Positions 19,075-29,145 of a stretch of DNA of 64,000 nucleotides are shown one piece after another. The first letter of the stretch is position 1; each line of letters starts with the position of its first letter. Below the pieces are notes generated by a model that worked only from the letters and a program-made list of their open reading frames with translations, was not told the origin of the DNA and did no database searches. The position numbers and the translations under genes were made by a program. The stretch lies in assembly GCA_039683515.1 (NCBI GenBank), contig JBDKRG010000059.1:38615-102614 (forward strand), read 5' to 3'. The stretch comes from Candidatus Sumerlaeia bacterium (GTDB lineage Bacteria > Sumerlaeota > Sumerlaeia > MVZB01).

Positions 19075-19968
19075 TCAGATCACGTCGGCGAACGAGCGCT
19101 CGAATTGGCGGAAATAGTAGGCGCCGCTGACAAGCAGCGCGACGGTGACGAACAGGCTGGCCAGCATCCCCGGCCAGAAAATCGCGAATTGCGGGTCGAC
19201 CTGCGGCCCGAGGATCGCCCAGCGGAAGCCGTCGATCGGGCCGACGACAGGGTTGAGGCTGAACACCAGCCGCCACGTCAGCCACCCGGGCGCCCACGCG
19301 GCGACGGCGCGCGTGGCGTGGCCGGCCATCTGGCCGCTGGTCAGCATCACCGGGCAGACGAAGATCCCGATCCGGATGATGAACGGCACGATGTGCTTGA
19401 TGTCGCGATACTTGACGTTGAGCGCGGCCAGCCACAGGCTCGCGCCGAACGCCGACGCGAACGCCATCAGGAAGAACAGCGGCAGGGCCAGCATCCGCGC
19501 GCCGAACGCCACGTCGTAATGAACCATCAGCACCATCATCATGAGCATGGAGATCAGGAAGTCGACGAGGCCGCTGAGCGTGGCCGACGCCGGGATGATC
19601 AGACGCGGGAAATAGATCTTGCTGATCATCTGCGACGACATCACGACCGACTGGCTCCCGGCCTGCAGGGCGCTGGAGAAGAACGACCACGGCAGCAGCC
19701 CGGCGAACGCGATGATCGCATACGGCCCCTTGACGTCCACTTTCACGATTCGGCTGAAGATCCAGGTGAAGACGATGACGGTGAGGAGCGGCTGCACGAC
19801 GGCCCAGGCGATGCCGATGGCCGTCTGCTTGTAGCGGACCATGATGTCGCGCCAGGTGAGGAAACCGAACAGCTCGCGGTAGCGCCACAGCTCCGCGTAA
19901 TCGATGCCGATCAGCCCGCGCCGGGGCTTGATGATCCGTTCCTTGAACTGAGTGGCCGTCTCGGCCAT
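19075..19968 (-). CDS. wzm: ABC-2 type polysaccharide exporter permease
   Basis: 297 aa with six TM segments. ABC-2 family pattern. 13-nt gap to wzt. Confidence 0.85.
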   Translation of the reverse strand: MAETATQFKERIIKPRRGLIGIDYAELWRYRELFGFLTWRDIMVRYKQTAIGIAWAVVQPLLTVIVFTWIFSRIVKVDVKGPYAIIAFAGLLPWSFFSSALQAGSQSVVMSSQMISKIYFPRLIIPASATLSGLVDFLISMLMMMVLMVHYDVAFGARMLALPLFFLMAFASAFGASLWLAALNVKYRDIKHIVPFIIRIGIFVCPVMLTSGQMAGHATRAVAAWAPGWLTWRLVFSLNPVVGPIDGFRWAILGPQVDPQFAIFWPGMLASLFVTVALLVSGAYYFRQFERSFADVI

Positions 19969-20058
19969 ACAAATATTCCCTCCGTGGAGCGCGCGCTGTC
20001 TTCCGTGGCGCCGATAATACTACCCGAAGATCTTATCGGCCGCCAGCCCGGAGTCCTG

Positions 20059-20170
20059 AAATTTCGGATTGCGGATTGCGGATTTTAAAAACCGAACCGG
20101 GGCCAAGGCAGGGAACTCACCGAGCGGGTTTCGAATTGCAATCCGCAATCCGAAATCCGCAATCCGAAAT
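20059..20170. repeat. inverted arrays of GGATTGCG heptamer-like units forming a long stem-loop
   Basis: Left arm aaatttcggattgcggattgcggatttt; right arm gaattgcaatccgcaatccgaaatccgcaatccgaaat. About 17 bp are complementary, with a ~46-nt loop. Lies between the HU gene 3' end and the wzm start. Confidence 0.65.
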
Positions 20171-20239
20171 AACAAAAGATCCGGAACGACTCCGCTGGGG
20201 AGCCGTTCCGGATCAAATTGCTCGGCGTGAACCAGGAAC

Positions 20240-20539
20240 TTACTTGGCGGGCGCGACGGCCTCTTTGCAAGCCTTGGAGACGCGGAAACGGACGACGGTC
20301 TTGGCCGGGATCTTGATCGATTCGCCGGTGGCCGGGTTGCGGCCGATGCGCGCCTTGCGCTTGGCGACGACCAGCTTGCCGATGCCCGGGATCGTGAAGC
20401 CACGCTTGGCTTCCTTATAGGCGAGCTCGGTCAAAGCGACGAGGTAGGCGGCCGCTTCCTTCTTGCTGATCCCGACCGATTCGGCCAGGTGAGCGATCAG
20501 CTGTGACTTGCTCATCGCTTTCTTGTTCGCTGTCGGCAT
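20240..20539 (-). CDS. HU/IHF-family DNA-binding protein
   Basis: 99 aa with HU signature segments (GFGKF-like arm, ...RNPATGESIKIPAKTVVRFR...). Strong ribosome-binding site AAAGGGGA. Confidence 0.85.
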   Translation of the reverse strand: MPTANKKAMSKSQLIAHLAESVGISKKEAAAYLVALTELAYKEAKRGFTIPGIGKLVVAKRKARIGRNPATGESIKIPAKTVVRFRVSKACKEAVAPAK

Positions 20540-20894
20540 TCTTCATTCCCCTTTCGATATTTCATTCGAAAAATCACATGCATACAAGCGGCCATTATGT
20601 GATTGGCCTCGAAATAGTCAATAGGATAAACGCTCTTTTGGCTCTTTTTTTTGCAACGCCCCCCGGAAACGGCGCCTGCCGGGGTTCGCGCCCGCTTCCG
20701 GCGGAGCGCCGCGCCGGCTCCGGACGGCCGCGCGGCGTTCGAAAACGCGCAATCCATATCCGGTTTTTTGAATGCGCCCCCGGGGGCCGCCCGACGCGCT
20801 TTATTTGTTGCGCCGGTTTCACCGACGACTAGAATGAGGAAAGGCAGCACGTCCGAGGCCCGAGTCACGATCAAGCGAAACGGAGCTGATAAAC

Positions 20895-21950
20895 ATGGGT
20901 CCAATGAGGATCCTCATCATCGAGGACGATGTCGACATCATCGATCTGATGCGTTCGATGCTCGAGCCGCAGTTCGAGTGCTTCACCGCCGCCAACGGCA
21001 TGGAGGGCCTGCAGCAGGCGATCCGCGGCGAACCCGACATCGTCATCTGCGACATCATGATGCCCGTCATGGACGGCTGGGAATTCATCAAGCGCCTGCG
21101 CGCGATGAAGGGCTACGAGTGGATGCCGGTCATCATCCTGTCGGCCCTGAACTCGCGCGACCAGATCCAGCAGGGCTACCAGCTCGGGGCCGCGCTCTAC
21201 GTGACCAAGCCGATCGACCCGCCGCGCTTCAAGCGCCTGCTCGAGCTGTTCATCAAGGACCACAACATCGAGACGCGGCCCAAGCGGCTCAGCATCGAGC
21301 GCGTCCGCGCGCTCGGCCTGTTCCCGCACGTCGCCTCGCAAACGCCCGAACCGGCGCACGAGCACGAGAAACCGGCCGCGCCGCGCCAGGCGATCCCGAT
21401 GCCGCCGCCGCCGTCGTACGCCGCCGGTGCGGCCTCCCCGTCGCGCGCGCCGAGCGGCCCGCCGCGCGTCCTCGTCGTCGAGGACGACGCCGACTCGCGC
21501 CAGCTCATCTACACCGCGCTCAAGGACGACTGCGAGATCCTCGAGGCCGGCGACGGCGTCACCGCGATCGATTACGCCGTCCGCTACAAGCCCGACCTGT
21601 TCATCGTCGACGGCATGCTGCCGCGCCTGACCGGCTACCAGCTGACCGTCATGCTCAAGAAGAACCGCGAGTTCTACAAGGCCCCGATCGTGTTCATCTC
21701 GGGCAAGGCCACGCCGCGCGACCGGGAGTACGTCGACAAGCTCGGCGTCGTGCACTTCCTGGCCAAGCCGTTCAGCGGCATCCAGATCAAGCGCGTCGTC
21801 GAGGACGTCCTGAAGAGCCCCGACTTCGTGATCCGCACCGACCGGGTCAACTCCAACCAGATCGACCTCGAGCAATTCCACCGGCTCGAGACCCAGCGCG
21901 GCAAGGCCACGAATTTCCACGCGCAGGCGGAGCGCCCGGACAAGCTGTGA
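20895..21950 (+). CDS. tandem-receiver (REC-REC) response regulator without output domain
   Basis: Two CheY-like domains, each with acidic pocket, phospho-Asp (CDIMMPVMDG; VDGMLPRLTG) and Lys (VTKP; LAKP). A Pro/Ala-rich linker separates them. Confidence 0.75.
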   Translation: MGPMRILIIEDDVDIIDLMRSMLEPQFECFTAANGMEGLQQAIRGEPDIVICDIMMPVMDGWEFIKRLRAMKGYEWMPVIILSALNSRDQIQQGYQLGAALYVTKPIDPPRFKRLLELFIKDHNIETRPKRLSIERVRALGLFPHVASQTPEPAHEHEKPAAPRQAIPMPPPPSYAAGAASPSRAPSGPPRVLVVEDDADSRQLIYTALKDDCEILEAGDGVTAIDYAVRYKPDLFIVDGMLPRLTGYQLTVMLKKNREFYKAPIVFISGKATPRDREYVDKLGVVHFLAKPFSGIQIKRVVEDVLKSPDFVIRTDRVNSNQIDLEQFHRLETQRGKATNFHAQAERPDKL

Positions 21951-21955
21951 GCGCG

Positions 21956-22603
21956 ATGCCGAAGCCGATCATCAAGGTATGCGGGATCACGAGGGCCGAA
22001 GACGGCCTTGCCGCCGTGCGCGCCGGCGCCGACTGGCTCGGCCTGATCCGCTGGCCGAAATCGCCGCGCTTTCGCCCGGCCGAATCCGCGCGCGAGCTCA
22101 TCGGCCGGCTCCGCGCCGAGTCCGGACGGCCGTTCGAGGCCGTGGGCGTCTACGTCGATGCCTCGGCCGATGAAATCGAGCGCGACGCCGACGCGCTCGG
22201 CCTCGACCGCGTCCAGCTCCATGGCGACGAATCCCTGGAGACGGCGCGCGCGCTCAGCCGGCCGGCCATCAAGGTCATCAAGATTCGCGACGCCGCCTCG
22301 CTGCGCGCGGCCGACGAATTCCCCGGCCTCGACCTCCTCGCCGACACGTTCGACCCGGCGCTGCCGGGCGGCACGGGGCGCGGCTACGACTACGAATTGT
22401 TGCGCGACCTGATCAGGCGCCGGCGCGTGCTGATCGCCGGCGGGCTGACGCCGGAAACCGTCGGGGCGGTCGTCGCCGCGCTGGCCCCGTGGGGCGTCGA
22501 TGTTTCGAGCGGTGTCGAATCGGCACCGGGCATCAAAGACCATGCCCGGATCATTTCCTTTATCCATGCGGCTCGAGCCGGAGCCGCCGAGGTCAAACCA
22601 TGA
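21956..22603 (+). CDS. trpF: phosphoribosylanthranilate isomerase
   Basis: 215 aa: IKVCGIT...GADWLGLI...VQLHGDE...AGGLTPETV. This is the TrpF TIM-barrel pattern. Only the C-terminal part of a longer artefactual 650-aa ORF in the track is real. Confidence 0.8.
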   Translation: MPKPIIKVCGITRAEDGLAAVRAGADWLGLIRWPKSPRFRPAESARELIGRLRAESGRPFEAVGVYVDASADEIERDADALGLDRVQLHGDESLETARALSRPAIKVIKIRDAASLRAADEFPGLDLLADTFDPALPGGTGRGYDYELLRDLIRRRRVLIAGGLTPETVGAVVAALAPWGVDVSSGVESAPGIKDHARIISFIHAARAGAAEVKP

Positions 22604-23568
22604 ACCGGATCCTGACGAGCCTGACGTTGTTGCTGCTGATCGGCGCATCGGCCGATGCTGCCTCGACCAAATCCACCGTGCCGGAACTGAAGCTGCCCCC
22701 CCGGCAGATCACGACGCCCGTGCCGTCCATGACGAAAAAGCCGGCGCAGGCCCTGCCCGCCCGGGCGACGCCCGTCGCAACGCGGCAGCCGACGGCACGG
22801 CCGACCCCGGCCCCGACCCCCACGCCCGAAATCGCGCCGCCGCATGTGGCGATCATGCTCGAGCGCGTGACCGCCGTGCGCGGCCGCCGGTTCGGCGCCA
22901 ACGCCCCGGCCCAATCCGGCCTGTGGGACCCGCGCATGATCTACCAGTTCCGCATCGGGATCCCGCAGGGGTGGAGGCTCATGAGCGTCGACGACGGCAC
23001 GATCAAGAAGATCCTGGACAAGCGCGGCCAGATCGTCCGCCCCCGGCCGGCCGTCGGCGCGCAGGGGGCCATCGGCTCCGCGGGCCAGGCGATCGCGCTC
23101 GACCTCAAGCCCGAATACGCGATCCTCGAATTCACGAGCGACCTGCCGCCGCGCCAGGACGACAAGCTCGGCCTCATCAACGCCACGTTCTCGCTGACGG
23201 TCGGGCTGCCGCAGTCACTGCGCTTCGACAACATCCGCTCCAAGGGCGGCAACCTGCTGCCGAAGGATCGCTTCCCGGACGTCGTGCTGGCCATCGACGA
23301 GGTCGGCGACGACTCGATCTCGATCGCGGCCTTCGGCGACTACGCCAAGTTCGGCGCGTTCACGTTCATCGGGCCCGACGGCAAGGCGCTCGAGCCGTTC
23401 ACGACCGAGCACACCACGAGCAACCCCGAACCGGGGCACCCGGCGGGCAGCCTGTGGCGCTATACGTTCACGACCCTGCCGAAGCCGGTCTCGATGGAGG
23501 CGCAGTATTACCCGCTGCGGCGGCGCGCGCTGTACACTTTCGAAGAGGCGAACGTCCCGCTCCCCTAG
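22600..23568 (+). CDS. hypothetical secreted protein
   Basis: Signal peptide MNRILTSLTLLLLIGASADA followed by a Pro/Thr/Ala-rich linker. ATGA overlap with the trpF stop. Confidence 0.5.
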   Translation: MNRILTSLTLLLLIGASADAASTKSTVPELKLPPRQITTPVPSMTKKPAQALPARATPVATRQPTARPTPAPTPTPEIAPPHVAIMLERVTAVRGRRFGANAPAQSGLWDPRMIYQFRIGIPQGWRLMSVDDGTIKKILDKRGQIVRPRPAVGAQGAIGSAGQAIALDLKPEYAILEFTSDLPPRQDDKLGLINATFSLTVGLPQSLRFDNIRSKGGNLLPKDRFPDVVLAIDEVGDDSISIAAFGDYAKFGAFTFIGPDGKALEPFTTEHTTSNPEPGHPAGSLWRYTFTTLPKPVSMEAQYYPLRRRALYTFEEANVPLP

Positions 23569-23588
23569 CCCGGGCGTGATCGGCTGAC

Positions 23589-24425
23589 ATGAATTTATTC
23601 GAATCCACGTTCGTCATCTGGCTCGGCGCGATCGCCGCGGGGTTCGTGGGATCGCTGACGGGGCTGGGCGGCGGGTTCATCGTCGTGCCCATGCTCACGC
23701 TCCTTTTCGGCGTCGATATCCGCTACGCCATCGGCGCCTCGCTGGTATCGGTCATCGCGACCTCGAGCGGCGCGGCGGCGGCGTTCGTGCGCGAGGGTTT
23801 CTCCAACATCCGCATCGGCATGCTCCTGGAAGTCGCCACGACGATCGGCGCGCTGATCGGCGCGGGGCTCGCCCTCCACATCCCGACCTCCGCCATCGCC
23901 GTCGTGTTCGGGGTGGTCCTGCTTCAGTCGGCCTACCTCTCGTCGCGCAAACAGGCGGACCACCCCTTCACCGGCCCGCCCGACGTCTGGGCGGCGCGGC
24001 TGCGACTGAACGGCGACTACCCCACCGCCGAGGGGATGAAATCCTACCGGGTCAAGAACATCGCCGGCGGGTTCGGCCTCATGGGCGTCGCCGGCGTGCT
24101 CTCCGGGCTGCTCGGGATCGGCTCGGGCGCGGTCAAGGTCCTCGCCATGGACCAGATCATGCGCGTGCCGTTCAAGGTCTCGACCGCGACGAGCAACTTC
24201 ATGATCGGCGTGACGGCCGCCGCCAGCGCCGGGATCTACCTCAGCCGCGGCTACATCGAGCCGGCACTGGCGATGCCCGTCATGCTCGGCGTGCTGACCG
24301 GCTCGCTCGTCGGCGCGAAGATCCTGTTCAAAATCCGCACGCGGCTCCTGCGGAAAGTTTTCGCGATCATTATCCTGCTGCTCGGATTGCAGCTGATTTA
24401 CAAGGGCCTGACGGGAGGGATGTGA
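23589..24425 (+). CDS. TauE/SafE (DUF81) family membrane transporter
   Basis: Multi-pass membrane protein with the TauE pattern (GLTGLGGGFIVVPML...). Confidence 0.75.
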   Translation: MNLFESTFVIWLGAIAAGFVGSLTGLGGGFIVVPMLTLLFGVDIRYAIGASLVSVIATSSGAAAAFVREGFSNIRIGMLLEVATTIGALIGAGLALHIPTSAIAVVFGVVLLQSAYLSSRKQADHPFTGPPDVWAARLRLNGDYPTAEGMKSYRVKNIAGGFGLMGVAGVLSGLLGIGSGAVKVLAMDQIMRVPFKVSTATSNFMIGVTAAASAGIYLSRGYIEPALAMPVMLGVLTGSLVGAKILFKIRTRLLRKVFAIIILLLGLQLIYKGLTGGM

Positions 24426-24811
24426 TGATGGACATGGGCGGCCAGTGGACCGATCGGCGCGTCGAGCGGATCGTGGGCGGCCTGCTCAGGGCCGGCGTCA
24501 TGCTGTCGGCCTCGGTCGTGCTCGTCGGCGCGATCATGTTCCTGTTCGAGCACGGCGGCGACAAATTCGACTTCCACGAATTCCGCGGCGTGAACGCCAA
24601 AACCTGCACGATCGGCGGGATCCTCACCGAAGCCGCCGCGCTGCACAGCCGCGGGATCATTCAATTGGGCCTGCTGCTCCTGATCGCCACGCCCGTCGCC
24701 CGGGTGCTGTTTTCCGTCTTCGCCTTCGCGCTCGAAAACGACCGCGTCTACGCCGCCATCACGCTTATCGTCCTGATCATCCTGCTCTTCAGCATCACGC
24801 GAATAGGATAG
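24425..24811 (+). CDS. DUF1634-family small membrane protein (TauE partner)
   Basis: ~128 aa with two TM segments. GGGAGGG ribosome-binding site. TGATG overlap with the TauE stop. Confidence 0.65.
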   Translation: MMDMGGQWTDRRVERIVGGLLRAGVMLSASVVLVGAIMFLFEHGGDKFDFHEFRGVNAKTCTIGGILTEAAALHSRGIIQLGLLLLIATPVARVLFSVFAFALENDRVYAAITLIVLIILLFSITRIG

Positions 24812-25030
24812 AAACAAAAAAGCAAAACACGAAACTCACGAAAAGAAACCACGAAAGCACACGAAAACAAATCATGATCTCTGATTATTTTCGTGCTTTT
24901 TCGTGATCTTTATTGCGTGCGTTTCGTGTTTGAATTTCTCTGCTTCTCTGCTTATCTCCGCATCTCGGCGACAAAATCTTTTTCGTGTATTTTCGTGATC
25001 TTTATTTCGTGCGTTTCGTGTTTGAATTTT
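24812..25030 (-). repeat. dispersed CACGAAA-array repeat element, copy 1 (reverse orientation, with internal ~91-bp tandem duplication)
   Basis: Runs of cacgaaa/ttcgtg heptamers, plus the reverse complement of ttgtcgccgagatgcggagataagcagagaagcagagaa. The unit tttcgtgatctttat(t)tgcgtgcgtttcgtgtttgaattt occurs twice (24891-24935 and 24982-25026). The second unit supplies the last codons and stop of the thiE-like gene. Confidence 0.7.
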
Positions 25031-26039
25031 TCATCAGCTTTTTAATCGCCCCGGCCGGGTCGGGCGACTTGCAGATGTGCGCGATCATCGCGTAGCACTC
25101 GAACCCGTTCGCAACCAGCTCGCCCACGTTGTCGCCGGCGATCCCGCCGACGGCCACCGCCGGAATCCCCCGCGCGGCCTTGCGCATCCGCCCCGCTTTT
25201 TCGACCCCGAGCACCGGCGCGTGGTCGGCCTTGGATCCGGTCGCGAACACCGGGCCAATCCCGATGTAGTCGGGCTTTTCGCGCAGCGCGGCCGCAAGCT
25301 GGCTCCGGTTGTGCGTCGACTTGCCGACCAGCACGCGCCCGCCGACGATCTCGCGCGCGTCGGCGACCGGCAGGTCGCTCTGGCCGAGGTGAACGCCGTC
25401 GGCCCCGGCCAATTTCGCGATGTCGGGGCGGTCGTTGACGATGAACAACGTCTGCGAGCCGCCCGTGATCTCGCGGATGCGCCGCGCCAGTTCCAGGAGC
25501 GGCCCGCCGTCCATGTTCTTGGCCCGGAGCTGGACCGCGCCAACCTTGAGCCGCACCGCGATCCCGGCGAGCTTCTCGTAGCCGATCGCGGGGTCGGTCA
25601 GGATCAGATACAAGCCCTTGAGGCGCGCGGCATTTCCGGTCCGGACGAACAGCGGCACGACCAGCGCCTCGAGCTGATACGCCTCGTAACGCATCGCCTT
25701 GGCGCGCGCGACGGCTTCGGGATATCCAAGCTTCGCCATCTCTTCAAGGACGCGCAGCGATTCCTGCACGCGCCCGAACGACGCCCCCAGGATCGCGGCC
25801 TGATCGGTGCGGCGCAGCGGCTCCTTCACGCGGACGCGGCCGATGTCGCCGTCGCTGTCGCGCGCGTCGAGCACCTCGCGCGGGAACAGTTTCCGCAAAT
25901 CGTTCACGCCGTGGCGCAGCCCCTTGAGCCGCGTCGAAAGCGCCGTGTCGTTCAGCCCGAACCGGCAGAAATCCTCGATCACCCGCAGCCCCTCGCCGAG
26001 CCGGTCCAGATTGGCGTCAATGATCCGATATTCCATCAT
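25002..26039 (-). CDS. thiamine-phosphate synthase-like protein with ~140-aa N-terminal extension
   Basis: The C-terminal 200 aa match the ThiE fold motifs (LYLILTDP..., VQLRAK..., IGIGPVFATGSK, VAVGGI). The N-terminal domain is unassigned. Confidence 0.65.
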   Translation of the reverse strand: MMEYRIIDANLDRLGEGLRVIEDFCRFGLNDTALSTRLKGLRHGVNDLRKLFPREVLDARDSDGDIGRVRVKEPLRRTDQAAILGASFGRVQESLRVLEEMAKLGYPEAVARAKAMRYEAYQLEALVVPLFVRTGNAARLKGLYLILTDPAIGYEKLAGIAVRLKVGAVQLRAKNMDGGPLLELARRIREITGGSQTLFIVNDRPDIAKLAGADGVHLGQSDLPVADAREIVGGRVLVGKSTHNRSQLAAALREKPDYIGIGPVFATGSKADHAPVLGVEKAGRMRKAARGIPAVAVGGIAGDNVGELVANGFECYAMIAHICKSPDPAGAIKKLMKNSNTKRTK

Positions 26040-26147
26040 GCGTGCAAATCCCTCCGAACTGGCATTTTATCGAGTCACCTGTTTGACCGCCAGCCTTTCG
26101 TGCTCGTGCCGATGCAGTAGCCCGAGCGTGAGCGAGGGCTTTCGTGC

Positions 26148-26162
26148 TCGTAATCGTAATCG
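26148..26162. repeat. CGATTACGATTACGA motif (reverse orientation) in divergent thi promoter region
   Basis: tcgtaatcgtaatcg preceded by ctttcgtgctcg. Same 21-mer as 12742-12762. Confidence 0.7.
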
Positions 26163-26231
26163 AAACTCGAAGAAATCATCATCTCTCCCCCCGCTCCAAT
26201 TCATTGACGTTTCCAAATCCGGACTTTAATA

Positions 26232-26366
26232 TATGGGGACTGGGGAGCTCCACGTAGGGGCTGAGAGGGCGGTAGGCCGCCGACCCATAAAACCTGATCC
26301 GGGTAATGCCGGCGTAGGGACGCACACCGATCGTTCAGCGAGCCTCCCACGCCGGGAGGTTTTTCG
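26232..26366 (+). promoter_or_regulatory. TPP (THI-box) riboswitch with intrinsic terminator expression platform
   Basis: Aptamer: ggggactggggagc...ggggctgagagggc...gacccataaaacctgatccgggtaatgccggcgtaggga (THI-element consensus CUGAGA...ACCUGAUC.GG.UAAU.CC.GCGUAGGGA). It is followed by the hairpin agcctcccacgccgggaggt plus tttttcg. Located directly upstream of the thiS-thiF fusion gene. Confidence 0.85.
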
Positions 26367-26367
26367 T

Positions 26368-27192
26368 TTGGCCTCAGCCAACGCCACCATCCAGATTTAC
26401 ATCAACGAGCAGCCGCGGCGGATCTTGAGCGGCCTCTCGCTCATGGAACTGCGCGACGCGTTCAAGCCGGCGGCCGACATCATGATCCACAACGGCCACC
26501 CCATGCAGTCCGACGTCGAGCTCGCCGAGGGCGACCGCGTCGTGCTGATCAGGCGCGGCGAAATCCCCCCCGCCGACGAACTCGAGGCGCTCCTGGTCTC
26601 GCGCCACGGCCCCGGGATCCACGAAAAAATCAAGAACGCCACCATCGGCATCGCCGGCTGCGGCGGGCTCGGCAGCGCGGTGGCCGTCACGCTCGCGCGG
26701 CTCGGCGTCGGCGCGCTGCGGCTCGTCGATCACGACGTCGTCGAGCCGAGCAACCTCAATCGCCAGCAGTTTTTCATCGACCAGATCGGCCGGATGAAGA
26801 CCGACGCGCTGGCCGAAAATCTGAAGCGGATCAATCCGTACGTCAAAACCGAGGCGATCCTGGCGCGCCTGACGCGCGACAACATCGCCGCGACGTTCGC
26901 CGGCTGCGCCGTGGTGGCCGAGTGCTTCGACGACCCCGCCGCCAAGCGCGACATGACGATCGCGATGCGCCGCGACCTGCCGGCCGTCCCGCTCGTCACC
27001 GTTTCGGGGATCGCCGGAGCCGGACCGTCCGAGGCGATTCGCATCCGCAAGGTCATGGACAACGTCTGGCTCGTGGGCGACGGCGAGACCGCCGCCGAGC
27101 CCGGCCGCGGCCTTCTCGCCCCGCGCGTGGCGGTCGCCGCCGGCCACCAGGCCAGCGTGATTTTGCGGATCTTATTGGGCGAGGAATCCTGA
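26368..27192 (+). CDS. thiF: ThiS-like ubiquitin-fold domain fused to ThiF/MoeB-type adenylyltransferase
   Basis: N-terminus ATIQIYINEQ...GDRVVLIRRGEI is a beta-grasp ThiS-like domain. It is followed by the Rossmann motif GIAGCGGLGS and the E1-like core. Probable TTG start at 26368 after GGAGG (the track frame extends back to 26233 through the riboswitch). Start uncertain. Confidence 0.7.
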   Translation: MASANATIQIYINEQPRRILSGLSLMELRDAFKPAADIMIHNGHPMQSDVELAEGDRVVLIRRGEIPPADELEALLVSRHGPGIHEKIKNATIGIAGCGGLGSAVAVTLARLGVGALRLVDHDVVEPSNLNRQQFFIDQIGRMKTDALAENLKRINPYVKTEAILARLTRDNIAATFAGCAVVAECFDDPAAKRDMTIAMRRDLPAVPLVTVSGIAGAGPSEAIRIRKVMDNVWLVGDGETAAEPGRGLLAPRVAVAAGHQASVILRILLGEES

Positions 27193-27392
27193 TGGAAATT
27201 AAAGTCAACGGCGAGCCGCGCCGGATCGAGCCGGGGATGACGATCGTGCAACTGCTCGGCGAGCTCGGCCTCGAGCCGCTCCACCTCGCGATCGAACACA
27301 ACGGCGACATCGTCGATGAAACCTCCATCGCCGGCATCGACCTCAAAGCTGGCGACACGCTGGAGATCATCAGGTTCGTCGGTGGCGGGTGA
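27192..27392 (+). CDS. thiS: sulfur-carrier protein ThiS
   Basis: 66 aa ending ...RFVGGG (C-terminal Gly-Gly). TGATG overlap with the thiF stop. Confidence 0.8.
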   Translation: MEIKVNGEPRRIEPGMTIVQLLGELGLEPLHLAIEHNGDIVDETSIAGIDLKAGDTLEIIRFVGGG

Positions 27393-27397
27393 ACGAA

Positions 27398-28045
27398 ATG
27401 AAGAATATCGGTTTAATCTCATTGCTTGTCATCATCGCCGCAGGATGCAAATCCAACGGACCGTACTGGCGGAGCCGCGGCCATGACCTCACGGACATCG
27501 TTACGCTGACAGTCGGGGTAGGCGCCGGCGCAAAGGTCATGGTTGGCCCTTTTCATGTTGGTTTACTGGGCTGCGGTGATGTTTATGGAATACGAGATGG
27601 GGTCATCATACCCCACAACATGGAGGACTCCTCCGACATCGATGATTTCATCTTCCCGCTCGGCCCCATTGCCCCTGCAATCCTTCGCAACCCGCCTATT
27701 TTCGGATTCAGCGCGTTGCCCTGCAGAACATGCGATCAGGGTATGATGACGCATTGTTTTCCTTTGTTTTCTCTCCCCGAACCGAATTTCCACGAAGGCA
27801 AACCCGCATGGTGCGGAGGTGAGGGACCATTTTATAAACCCGTTCTGATCCATAACAATGAACATGCCCTGCAGTACTTGACCCAGATCGAAGTGGTTGG
27901 GGGACTTGTTGGCACAGTGCGCGTAGGTGTTAATCCCGGCGAACTCGTTGATTTCATTGTCGGGATCGCAGACCGGGATATTTATGGCGATGATAATGTG
28001 AAGAAGGATAGCGATAATGAGACAGCAGAAAAAACTGGTCATTGA
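27398..28045 (+). CDS. lipoprotein of unknown function embedded in thi operon
   Basis: [17 protein letters not shown] lipobox. Noticeably lower GC than its neighbours. The 3' end overlaps the thiG start by 29 nt. Confidence 0.5.
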   Translation: MKNIGLISLLVIIAAGCKSNGPYWRSRGHDLTDIVTLTVGVGAGAKVMVGPFHVGLLGCGDVYGIRDGVIIPHNMEDSSDIDDFIFPLGPIAPAILRNPPIFGFSALPCRTCDQGMMTHCFPLFSLPEPNFHEGKPAWCGGEGPFYKPVLIHNNEHALQYLTQIEVVGGLVGTVRVGVNPGELVDFIVGIADRDIYGDDNVKKDSDNETAEKTGH

Positions 28046-28802
28046 CTCGATCGAGTTCACGTCGCGGCTGTTTATCGGCACGGGCAAGTTCGCCTCGGCG
28101 CAGGCGATGGCCGATGCCGTGCTGGCTTCCGGGAGCGAGCTCGTCACCGTCGCGCTGCGCCGCGTCGACCTCAAGAATCCGCACGACCCGATGCTCGAGG
28201 CGCTCGACTTCAGCAAGTACCGGCTGCTGCCGAACACCTCCGGCGCGCGCGACGCCGAGGAGGCCGTGCGGCTTGCGAAACTGGCGCGGGCGGCGACGAA
28301 AACGAACTGGGTCAAGCTCGAGGTGACGCCCGATCCGTATTATCTGCTCCCCGATCCGGTCGAGACGCTGCGCGCGGCCGAGGAACTCGTCAAGCTCGGC
28401 TTCGTCGTCCTGCCTTACATCAACGCCGACCCGGTCCTGGCCAAGCGCCTCGAGGACGCCGGCTGCGCGACCGTCATGCCGCTGGCCGCGCCGATCGGCT
28501 CCAACCGCGGCCTCAAGACGCGCGACCAGGTCGCCATCATCATCGAAAACGCGGGCGTGCCGGTCGTCGTCGACGCCGGCCTCGGCATGCCGAGCCACGC
28601 CGCGGAGGCGATCGAGCTCGGCGCCGACGCCGTGCTCGTCAACACCGCCATCGCCATCGCCGAGGACCCGGTCGCCATGGCCGAGGCGTTCAAGCTCGCC
28701 GTCATCGCCGCCGAGAAAGCGCGCGAGGCCGGCCCCGGCGGCGAAAGCCGCCTCGCAAGGGCGTCGAGCCCGCTGACGGGGTTTCTGAGGGAGAATGAAT
28801 AG
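28017..28802 (+). CDS. thiG: thiazole synthase
   Basis: Collinear with ThiG throughout ([12 protein letters not shown]..., LPNTSGA..., [14 protein letters not shown]..., [14 protein letters not shown]..., AVLVNTAIA). Confidence 0.9.
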   Translation: MRQQKKLVIDSIEFTSRLFIGTGKFASAQAMADAVLASGSELVTVALRRVDLKNPHDPMLEALDFSKYRLLPNTSGARDAEEAVRLAKLARAATKTNWVKLEVTPDPYYLLPDPVETLRAAEELVKLGFVVLPYINADPVLAKRLEDAGCATVMPLAAPIGSNRGLKTRDQVAIIIENAGVPVVVDAGLGMPSHAAEAIELGADAVLVNTAIAIAEDPVAMAEAFKLAVIAAEKAREAGPGGESRLARASSPLTGFLRENE

Positions 28803-28839
28803 TTCAACCACGGAAGGCCTGGCGCGGCGAGCCGCAACC

Positions 28840-29145
28840 AAACAACAAGACAGAAATGCGGGTCACGAAATACACGAAAGGAAACACGAAAAACCACGAA
28901 AACCTATTCTTGTCGCCGAGGGGCAGAGTCAGGCAGAGATGCAGAGAAATACTCGAAGACAGGAATGAACAGAAGGCAACGGAGGAAACGGAGGATTTCC
29001 TGGCGGATCATCTCTCGGTTGCCTTCGTTGCCTCCTGTTCAAAATCTTGCCAGAAAAACAAGATTCGGACGGATAGTAGTACGGAATACACGGAATCGAT
29101 TTTTTGTCGCAGAGATGCGGTATTGTGCAGAGGACGCAGAGAAGA
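28840..29145 (+). repeat. dispersed CACGAAA-array repeat element, copy 2 (with a second partial unit)
   Basis: cacgaaatacacgaaaggaaacacgaaaaaccacgaaaa, then ttgtcgccgaggggcagagtcaggcagagatgcagagaa...gaagacaggaatg...ggaggaaacgg...ctcggttgccttcgttgcctcc (internal inverted repeat), then a second ttgtcgcagagatgcgg...gcagagaagaatg. Located between thiG and thiH. Confidence 0.7.
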
